This document shows, piece after piece, positions 54,329 to 64,000 of a stretch of 64,000 bases of DNA. The notes beneath the pieces are model-generated. The model had not been told where the DNA came from. It saw nothing but the letters and a program-made list of their open reading frames with translations, and ran no database searches. Source of the stretch: Paraspadella gotoi. Its lineage: Eukaryota > Animalia > Chaetognatha. A program made the position numbers and the translations under genes. Within the stretch, counting starts at the first letter, position 1; each line of letters begins with the position of its first letter. Where the stretch lies: assembly GCA_051294375.1 (NCBI GenBank), contig JBJCIZ010000207.1:68731-132730 (forward strand). The letters run 5' to 3'.

Positions 54329-55952
54329 GGCGGCGTCCTCGAAGTTTCGGAGGTTGGTAGGTTGATTGGTCGCCGGATAATCGAATGAAGGCGTGGCGTC
54401 GGCATATACAGGAGACGTGGAACGGGAGAGTTGACCCCTGCCGAATCCACCCAGAACTCGCGGCGTCGTCGGCGTCGCGCTGTGCTGAGCGGAGTCTAGA
54501 GCGAAGATCTGACCCGCTCATCAAGCTGTCGTTTTCTCCGTCGAGTTGCCGGGGAGATATTGAAAGGGAAAGAGGAATACCGTGAGCGAATTGGGTCTCA
54601 GCTTAATTCCAATTACCTCACCCAATCTTACCTCAGAGAAGGTGTTATTTCACTTGTTCTCCCCTTGTGAAGGCCGATAGAGTTCATCGCGGTCTCACCA
54701 TGTGTGGCAAGCTCTCTGAGTCTCACCACAACGTGACGATGGGATCTTGGCAACTGCAGAGATCATGACTAAGACGTTGGCGTTGAGAATATTGTTTCAC
54801 TATGTCGACATTGCAGGGAAATATGTTCTCGTTTTAAGTATTGTTTTACTTAAAGTTTTCACCTCTGACTTTAATGTATTATTTACATTTGTAGATTCAA
54901 GTAAAAAGAGAGTGAAATAAAGAATATTACTTTTATTGTGATCGCGTGAAGATTTAAAAGCCAACTGACTTCAGTCAATCACTCACTCAATCACTTAATC
55001 AATCACTCAATTAAGCAAGTCAATCGTTATTGGTATTATTGTCGTCGTCGCCCTCACCGTCGTCATTGCTTTTGTCGTGGTCATTGACGAAAACACCTAA
55101 AAAGAAACATTTCAGATGATAAATTAGAGATATTAAAATTAAAATAAAATAAATAAAAAAATATTACCAGATTTATCATAATTTATCATATGATTAGTAA
55201 GGCGTAGTAAAATTCCTAAGTTTAACTTTAATTAAAATTTTAAAAGTAAGGAACGAACAACATTATACTTATGAGCATTTATGTACAAAAAAAATTTATA
55301 ATAAATTTTACAATTTACGCAGTAGGCCATATTTATACTAGTACTAAACCAATAAATGTTAAAATTTTAAAACAGTTTTTTCCAACATTTTTTTGCAGAT
55401 TTGGATTCGTCATAAAAAGTTGATAAAAAGAAATATAACTCCAGGTTCAGTTGAGATAAAATCGCAACTCCAGCTGAGGTAAAATTTTCTGTCCCCGGCA
55501 GCTATAACTCCAGCTCTACATCCCTGATTTAAATGATTTGCTAACCTCTAACTGTGGGATCTAGGTCTAACTGGGTCTAAAGTCTATCAAAAACGGAAAG
55601 AATGGGAGGTGAATATATGTATTTGGTAACTAAGGTCTATACTTTATGTCGAAAAGTGTATATAAAAGGTCCAAAACGGGGAGAGAGAAAGAGACGGAGA
55701 GAGAGGAGAAGATGAACGGAACCTAAACTTGAACGCGACCCCGAATCCCCGTGAGGATGATGAAAACTTGAGGGATGAGGAGGGAGGGAGGAAGAGAGAG
55801 AATAGGAACTGTAGACTCGCGTCGTCTACCGGCCTTCGATTCTGCTAACAAACAAGATTTTGGGGGCGGACCGACTCAGTAGATTATAAAGTCAGAATCT
55901 ACGATAAGCATCGAAAGCGTGAAAATAAATAGACCGACTGCCATAGGAGTCA

Positions 55953-56171
<219 letters not shown>

Positions 56172-57077
56172 TTAATCTGTTTCAAAGCGAAAAGTCCAGG
56201 ATAAAAATTCTTACCATGTACATCTCGATCAGTGTCTGTTCCTCCAAGGTTGAAAAAGACCCAAACTCATAAACTCATATAACAAAGACTTTGTATTCAC
56301 TTAAATAAATAAATATTTACCGAGTAATAATCATTTAAAACGTGTGACAGATCAGCCGGCCAGTCATTGAATTTTTTCATATGCCTCTTTAGTTTTATAA
56401 CTATACCCATCTTCAGTATTTCTAATCATGTATACACTGTGAAAAAAAACTAAACGCTCTATAACTCTATAAGTTTAATTTCTCTTTCATATTTTATTGG
56501 TTTGAAATTCGAGATGAAAAAGTTTCCTTGGTTTTCACCACAAAATTTTTAGTTGCACCGCTAGTACTCATGGAGCAACTCTATAAGTCACTTTTCAGTC
56601 GGTCGGTATGTCTGTCCTTAGGTCTGTCCCACTTTAAAAATGCTCATAACTTGCTTATAATTAGTTGCTCATTTGTTAAGAAGTAAAAAATCCTTACATT
56701 TGAGTGACTGCGAGCGCCACCTTCAGGAAATCCTAAAACTATAAAATAGGTGCGGTCATAGAAATTTATTTTGGTATTTTTGCTTCAGAACTCCGGATAC
56801 TGATAACTTAATGTCTTGTGAATACAACAGGAAAAAGTTTGACCTCCTAGCTTATCAGGAAAATTAGCCCATTTTTGATTGAAAATAAAGCGGTACAGGG
56901 CAAAAATAAAAAAAAATTGCAAATTTAAAAAATTGTTTAAACCAGTATATTATTAGCCATTGCCGATGAAATTTAAATGCGTTCAGAGCGTTCAAATATA
57001 ACAAAATCTAAGATATTAAATTCCATTCCTAATTATTTTACTGTAACAAGGTCTGAAGAATTCGATGGTGATGACCA

Positions 57078-57115
57078 TTTTTAGTCGGATCTGCTTATCA
57101 GCAGATCCCGACTCC
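57078..57115 (+). repeat. Hairpin terminus of a Helentron-type non-autonomous repeat family (related ends near 13510, 39195-39230, 55860-55910; a second family near 15270 and 56545)
   Basis: TTTTTAGTCGGATCTGCTTATCAGCAGATCCCGACT hairpin after a T-run; neighbouring (GTCT/GTCC)n microsatellites in related copies. Confidence 0.5.
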
Positions 57116-57879
57116 TATCACACTCCACCTTTTTTCGGTCCGCGCTCGCGCCTCCAACCTATTGCTCCGCACCACTATACATCGCACCCACACATTCTAC
57201 ATATGCATCACTCTCTGCACCAAACAAACACTATCGTCGTCGTCTCCGTCCCGTTCCGTCGTCGTCCGTCCGTCCGCCCACGCTTGCACACACACAAACC
57301 AATACCGTCGCAATTCGGCACGGACGCTCGCGGTCATCGAAATTTCTGCCCTCGCCTGTGGGTCACGCCCCGCGCCCCCAAAACCTCGCCTCGCTGCAAT
57401 TCCGCCCCATGGATCAGCACACGCTCTCGCAGGCCAATCGTCGCGCAGTCGAGACAACCTTGGTTTAAATCATGAAACAACAAAAACAAATATATCCTTA
57501 CACTATTTGGAACGCCAATTGCTCATGAGTGGATAGTGCAATTGACTTGAAATTTTGAGAATGGTAGGAAAGTGTGTGATTGAGCCGGATATAAAGTTTC
57601 GAGTGAATCGTGCGAGTGGAAATAGTTAAAATGGAAAACAAAGTAACATTTATTTGAAGTATTTTACTTAAAACTCATAATTATTTTGTTTATTAAAAAT
57701 TGATAGATAAATCGAAATGAATTTTGTGTGTGGGTAGGAAAGTATGTGATAAAGCTGGATAAAAATTTTTTGATGGAATCGTAGGAGTGGAAAAGAGTTC
57801 AAATTAGAAAACCAAAGACACATTATTGAATTTTTTAAAGTCTCTCTCCTCCTCATCTTGATTGATATGATTGATTGAT

Positions 57880-58200
57880 TGAGATTGACCAAATCTCAAA
57901 TCTAATTGACCAAATTAGCCAGTTGACCAAATTCTGCAAGTTAATCAAGTGTTGCAATGACCAAATTATGCTGTTGACCAAATTAGGCTAGTTGATAAAA
58001 TTATGCCAGTTAACCAAATTTATCGCGCCCCGGGTTTCCGAACCAACCACAAATTACCTTCTTAACTGATCAACATTATGTCAGTTGACCAACACCAGTC
58101 CAGTGACCAACCATTATAGTTCAGTAGACCAAATTATGTCAGTTAACCAAATTAGGTCTTTGACAAAATTATGCAAGTTGATTAAATTATGCAAGTTGAA
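57880..58200. repeat. About 19-20-bp minisatellite (GTTGACCAAATTATGC-like)
   Basis: Direct inspection. Confidence 0.8.
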
Positions 58201-58754
58201 CGATAGCTATTCCCACTTAGTACTGGATTGACCTGGAATTTTGTATGTGAGTAGAAAAGTGTGTGATTGAACAGGAACCAAGTTTCGATGGAATCTTTGA
58301 GTGGAAATGAGTTTAAATGGAAAAAAACAAAAAACCTGTTTCACTAATTGATTATGCTTCTTTTTCCTTTTATATTAAATGTATATGCAGATGTATTAAT
58401 AAGTCAAATAATTAATCAGTTAATTAATCAATATTCAATTAATTAATCAATAATTAATTAATCAGTCAATCAATCCGTCCATCCGTCCCACTTAGCAAAA
58501 AGCTCCAATAACTCGTGATTGGCTGGTTGGATTGAAATGAAAATTTGTGTTGTTAGGAAGTGTGTGATAAAGCTGGATATAAGTTTCGACGGAATCGTGT
58601 GAGTAGAAATGAGTTTAAGTGGAAAAAACATAAGTCGCATTTACTAAAATCTTTTTACTTATTTTAACAATAAGTACTCTAATTAATCATAATTGGATGG
58701 ATAGATTGAGTTCAAATTTTTGTGTGGTAGAAAAATGTGTATCGATGCTTGATA

Positions 58755-58815
58755 TTGGATTTGAACCCGAGATGCTCCATCCCTAATCGAGTGGCTCAGC
58801 TGATGTCGCCACTAA
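58755..58815 (-). repeat. Degenerate tRNA-derived SINE-like head
   Basis: A-box-like TGGCGACATCAG and B-box GGTTCAAATCC at tRNA spacing. Confidence 0.4.
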
Positions 58816-59655
58816 GTAGTTAAGATATTAATTCAGTAATCACCTTTATAACTTACTCATGTTAATGTTTTCCCTTTTGTCTTATACAAACAAAAGGACA
58901 AACCAATTTTGACTTATCTCAACAAATCTCAGTTGTTTTGCTTTCATCAAGAAATTCTTCTTGCCTCTCACTCTCAATGAATTAACAACTCTACTATAAG
59001 GATCCATTGTTATTATTATTCATTGATCTGTTATTAAATTAATATTTATGATTGCAATGCTTTATTTGCTATTAATAACCAAACAAGTGGTACAGTAACT
59101 TTTACCTCAGAGCTTAACGAAACTATTACGCGCTCACGAGCGTCAGCGTCAACGCCATTCCGTCTCTGAAACATCCTCAAGACGTTCGTCAACTCTCTCT
59201 GACATTGGATGACGCCTCCACGGCCAAAGTGATTTCTTAGCGCGTCATCCACATTGGTGAACCCAACGAAAACTCTTCCAACCTTCAACCGGCCCATCGA
59301 CAAACTCATAAATGAGCGAATCAAGAGAGACCCGTCAGACCTATCGACTTCGTCAAGAGACTAACCTCACTGATATAAAGTTTCGGTGAAAACGTACGAG
59401 TGAAATGAGTTTAAATGAAAAAATATGAGTCACATTTACTTGAATCTTTTACTTATTTTAACCCATAATAGATTAGATGAAATTTTGTGAGCGGTAGGAA
59501 AGTGTGTGAAAAAGCTAGATATAAAGTTTTGACGGAATTGTGCCAGTGGAAATGAGTTTAAATGGAAAAACCTAAGTCACATTTACTTGAAGCAGAAAAA
59601 TGAAACAAGTTAAAAATACCTAAAAGCATAAGGATCGTCGCAATTGCAAAGAGAG

Positions 59656-59720
<65 letters not shown>

Positions 59721-59750
59721 CAGTAAAATGAGCATAAGGACGTCGCAATT

Positions 59751-59795
<45 letters not shown>

Positions 59796-60314
59796 TAGAA
59801 AGAGAGAAGTCCGAGATAAAAATTAGCGAATAAAAAAGTTGTTATTTACTCACTGAAATAAAATACTTAAAATACTTACAAAATACATAAAATTGATAAA
59901 TTATTATTCCGATAACATTGTTTAATCACATGCAATATATCTATGTAAGCTAATATCTAGTAAGGGGGCCAAAATTGAACACTTTTATAACTTCTAGTTC
60001 TCTTAAATTTTTTTTTTCCCTTTTACTCTACTAATCGATTTTCAATATAACTTTTTGAATTAGTTCATTGGTTGTTGCACTGAAGCTTTTAAATATTTAT
60101 TAATATATAATAATATATAAAGTATTGACGGAATTGTGCCAGGGGAAATGGGTTTAGATGGAAAAAACATAAGTCACATTTACTTGAATCTTTAATATTA
60201 ATGATTACTAATAAATGTTTTAATTAATTAATGAATTGATTAATTAATTAATGTGAAAAAATGATGCAAGTTAAAAAAAATCTGAAAAGCATAAAGATCG
60301 TCGCAATTGCAGAA

Positions 60315-60353
<39 letters not shown>

Positions 60354-61053
60354 TGAGTGAGAGAGAGAGAGAGAAGGAGACATAAAATAAAATAGAGGAT
60401 ATTTGTTGGTTTTGATAAAATGTAAACAAAACATATTTAATAACTGTCCTAACCCAATTTAAGGACATCGATGATGATAAGTTGAATATAAATTTAAAAT
60501 TAATTATTACATATTAAAAATAATTAATTAATTAATTAATTAATTAATTAATTAATTATCGTAGGCAGATCGACATTGTTTGCTCAAACTTGTTTTTGTA
60601 TAATTTCATCTTTCTTGTCGGAAATGACGATTTTAATGTATATAAAATGCTAATAAAATAGGGAAAACCTTATAAGTTATGATAATCAAATTATTAATTT
60701 TTTTTTAAATTTACATGAGCTTTTAAAATATAAAAATTAAGACCTGTAGTCGGGCATTGCCTAGGTTCACCCCGCCTATAAACATGACACCTTACGGATA
60801 GTCATCTTCAGCCCACTTAGCGCCTTATCTACACTGGTGAGCCCATCCTGTTGAGCGTATTCCAACCTTCTGATTCCAGGCCCATGGACGTGCTGAAGAT
60901 TGCTCCCCTCCCTCCACTGGAAGCAGTGCAAGGTGGATTACAATCTGGGGGGCATGTAGTCGGGCATTGCCTAGGTTTGTAGTTAGGAACTTAGCATTGT
61001 AGTCGGGCATTGCCTAGGTTCACCCCGCCTATAAGCATGACTCTTTCAGTTGT

Positions 61054-61125
61054 GACCCGCTGGCTCATTGAGTAAAGCCATCAGCTCATGACCACTAGGT
61101 ACTGGGTTCAATCCCAACCCGGAAC
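61054..61125 (+). promoter_or_regulatory. tRNA-derived Pol III internal promoter inside LTR2
   Basis: A-box TGGCTCATTGAG (61061), CAT-containing anticodon-like loop, B-box GGTTCAATCC (61105); poor acceptor stem. Confidence 0.65.
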
Positions 61126-61132
61126 CTACCCT

Positions 61133-61211
61133 GCGGGAAGCGTGAGGACGGCCGTAAGCCGCCTTGGGGGTGTGGCGAACTCTCAAGCCTGGTTCCAAGC
61201 CCAGGACCCGT
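61133..61211 (+). ncRNA. Candidate circularly permuted (type-P5) twister ribozyme
   Basis: P5 GCGGG/CCCGT; GAGGA; palindromic P1 CGGCCG; TAA; GC; P3 CTTGGGGG/CTCTCAAG; P4 CCTGG/CCAGG closing TTCCAAGC. Confidence 0.7.
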
Positions 61212-62547
61212 TACATAGCTACTAAAGGGGGTTATAGAAGTTACGGATAGTCATCTTCAGCCCACTTAGCGCCTTATCTACAGACCTATAAAAATATTTT
61301 AGTAAATTTATTTCTCAATTTTAGGTTTTATTAAAAGTTAGTTAGCTATATTTATTAATAATTATGAATAAAAATTAGGCTAAAGTTAAAAAATAATAAT
61401 TTAAAAATTTTTATCCCGGATTCGCATTCCTTGCAAAAAGTTGATATAAGAAAATATAATTTTTATTGAAAAATTATGTCATTAAGTTAGTCAAAATTTA
61501 GAAAAACTATAATTTTAAGCCAAAAATGGTAAAATTAAATAAATATCATAGTTTTTAACATTTTTAACCAACTTAATGAAAGATTTAGTTAAAATGGATT
61601 TTACTTTCTTATATCAACTTTTTGCAAGGAATTCAAATCCGGTTATAAAATTTCAAAATATTTATTTTTTCACTTTAGCCTATTTTTGATTACTAATTAT
61701 TAATAAATATAGCTAACAAGCTTTTAATAAAATATAAAATTTGTTAATAAACTTACCAAAATATTTTTATGTGTTTTTATTTTCATATTATATACACTAA
61801 ATATGACTTTTATAAAATTTTAATAATTTTAGTTTTTCATACTCTACAATGGTTGCGCCATTTTAATAGCACCTTATATGCTTCAAAAATCACCATTGGC
61901 GACAAGGAAGATGAAACTATACAAACAAGTTTGAGCAAACAATGTCGGATCTGCCTACGATAATTAATTAATAGTTTAATTAATTAATTAATAGATTAAT
62001 TAATTAATTAATTTTAATAATTATTTATAATTTATATTCAGCTTGTCATCATCGATGTCCTTAAAATTGAGTCAGGACAGTTATTAAATGTTTTGTTTAC
62101 ATTTTATCAAAACAAACAAATATCCTCTATTATCAAGCCGGGCGGGCAAAGCCCGTCCTGGCTAGATTATGATTCGGTTTAGCTTTCGGTCACGCTTTTT
62201 TGCAATCATGGCTTCTGAAAGCGTGATATCATAGGGAGTTGAAATTTCATATATGGCTTCTAATCATCAAGATCAATATCAAATTCATATCAATATTCGT
62301 ATTTGTTTGTTTTATTTACAAAACAAAAACGTTTTAATTATATGTCGCTCTCTCTCTCTCTCTCTTTCTTTTAAATATATGTCGCTCTCTCTCTCTCTTT
62401 TTCTCCGTCACTGCTTCTTCTGATTTGTCTAAAAACGAGTTCCGGCTCTGCAGCGTCTGTCCAGCTTCTTTCTCTCTCTCTCTCTCTTTTTTTTTTTTTT
62501 TTACAAAAAATTTTTTAGATATAATGTGGGCTCACTAATGTAAACGA

Positions 62548-62622
62548 TGCCACGAACAGTGTGCGAACCCGGGTCCTTTGGGTAAAGAAGAGCTCACGCT
62601 ACGTCTGGCGCCATAGGTACTG
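62548..62622 (-). repeat. Degenerate tRNA-derived SINE-like head
   Basis: A-box-like TGGCGCCAGACG and B-box-like GGTTCGCACAC. Confidence 0.4.
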
Positions 62623-62681
62623 CTGATTCTTTAATTATTATATATCGCTCTTTCTTTCTCTCTTTTTCTCTGCAGTGGCTG

Positions 62682-62712
<31 letters not shown>

Positions 62713-63261
62713 GTGTGTCTGTCCCTCTCTGTCCGATCTCTTGCGTTATCGTTTGTTTTTTGAAAAATTCTGATTATTTTTTTCCTTCTAAAAACTTTTT
62801 ATTATTGCATTTATTCCCGCGTTTTTTTCAATACAAAATCCCATATTTTCATCCGAGATTTTCGTGGATTTATTCTCTTTCTTTCTCTCTCTCTCTTTTC
62901 TTCTCTCTCTCTCTCTCTTTTCTCTCTCTCTCTCTCTTTCACTCATACACGCATTTGATTGTTTTATTGATATCATCGCATCACATGAATGACAATCATC
63001 GCATCAGTGAATGACTATCATCAGAAGCAGTGAATGACTATCATCGCATCAATAATTGATTATCATCGAATCAAAAAATCAATTCTATTACATCAATAAA
63101 TTACTATTACATCAATCAATTAGTATTACCTCAATCAATTACTATTACATCAATAATCGTATACGCATGATTCATTCGTTTTTTTCCCGGGTTTTTCATT
63201 AATTTTCTTTGATAGTGGGCTCTGGCCGATCTTGAGTCTTTTAAGATTTTTTTATTTTATG

Positions 63262-63301
<40 letters not shown>

Positions 63302-64000
63302 ACTCTCTCTCTTTCTCTCTCACTCTCTCTCTTTCTCTCCACTCTCTCTTTTTCTCTCTCTCTCTCTCTCTCATCTTTTTATGCAATACGACGATCCTTA
63401 TGCTTTTAAGATTTTTTTTTAACTTGCATCATTTTTTCAACTTGCATAATTTTTCAACTTGCATTCCGTCAAACTTTATTCTAGCTTCTTCACTCACTTT
63501 CCTACCGGCTCACAAAATTTCATCTCAATCTATCATGGGTTAAAATAAATAAAAGATTCAAGTAAATGTGACTCATATTATTTTCATTTAAACTCATTTC
63601 CACTGGTACGTTTCCACTGAAACTTTATATCAAGCTTCGTCACACATTTTCCTACCCACACACAAATATTCAACTCAATCTATCCATCCAATTATGATTA
63701 ATTAGAGTATTTATTGGTTAAAATAAGTAAAAAGATTTTAGTTAATTCGACTTATGTTTTTTTCATTTAACTAATTTCCACTCACACGATTCCATCGAAA
63801 CTTTATATCCAGCTTTTATCACACACTTTCCTACCCACACACAAAATTTAATTTCAATCCAACCAGTCAATCATGAGTTATTGGAGCTTTTTGCTAAGAT
63901 GGACGGATGGACGATTGATTGACTAATTAATTAATTATTGATTAATTTATTTACTAATTGATTAATAACTGATTAATTATTTAATTTATTAATACATCCT

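Larger units (their letters stand above)
41048..54977 (-). mobile_element. Gypsy LTR retrotransposon family C (CsRn1/Mag-like) in the CDK8 intron
   Basis: 3' LTR 41048-41461 (TGTAGC...GCCACA, preceded by PPT AGCGGGGGA); truncated 5' LTR 54703-54977; PBS TGGTGAGACCG; gag/pol at 50442-54328. Confidence 0.9.
60745..61282 (+). mobile_element. Miniature non-autonomous LTR element (TRIM-like)
   Basis: TSD GACC on both sides; LTR1 60745-60833; PBS TGGTGAGCCC at 60835; PPT GGGGGG near 60947-60952; LTR2 60955/60998-61282; TGTAG...CTACA termini. Confidence 0.88.
60390..62132. mobile_element. Foldback/MITE-like long palindrome centred near 61520
   Basis: CGTAGGCAGATC-GACATTGTTTGCTCAAACTTG (60560) versus CAAGTTTGAGCAAACAATGTCGGATCTGCCTACG (to 61959); arms also pair at 61290-61510/61545-61770 and 60390-60540/61980-62132. 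Confidence 0.8.

Noticed and set aside
56205-56265. Upstream CDK8 exon ending at ATG|GTAAGA
   Set aside because: Does not encode the expected DPVVVTFW and has a stop in the required phase.
59046-59370. Host exon in a GC-richer island
   Set aside because: No recognisable protein or clear splice pair; probably a TE remnant.
59644-59826. RE/SL-repeat ORFs here and at 25236-26006 and 62715-63543
   Set aside because: Translations of (GA)n microsatellites.
60780-60812. Hammerhead on the minus strand of the TRIM LTR (CTGAAGA-TGAC..GTCA)
   Set aside because: No GAAA box follows the stem.
61054-61125. Functional tRNA-Met gene
   Set aside because: Acceptor and anticodon stems are poorly paired; treated as a tRNA-derived promoter.

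Overview
AT-rich, repeat-dense animal (non-vertebrate-like) genomic DNA with four N gaps (2386-2410, 20768-21745, 24757-24856, 33648-33672) and an indel pattern suggesting under-polished long reads. Host genes: two minus-strand CDK8 kinase-domain exons (55954-56121, 40607-40829) separated by a 15 kb intron; a plus-strand two-exon secreted hevein/chitin-binding-type protein (19533-20135); and an orphan exon near 5.6 kb. Most of the rest is mobile DNA: two copies of an AGT...ACT-ended Gypsy family carrying different LTRs, a plus-strand Gypsy with a candidate OTU-like domain in pol, and a three-level nest in the CDK8 intron (Gypsy > deleted BEL/Pao > Penelope). There are also Penelope pseudo-LTRs with minimal hammerhead ribozymes, Helentron-type non-autonomous repeats, minisatellites and a multi-kb degenerate palindrome at the right end. 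The most novel item is a 538-bp TG...CA miniature LTR element (60745-61282, 4-bp TSD) whose LTR holds a tRNA-derived Pol III promoter followed by a circularly permuted (type-P5) twister-like ribozyme, a candidate animal LTR retrozyme. Also notable is a solo LTR fused to about 40 nt of reverse-transcribed tRNA-Leu (39556-39821). All calls are by eye; no searches were run.
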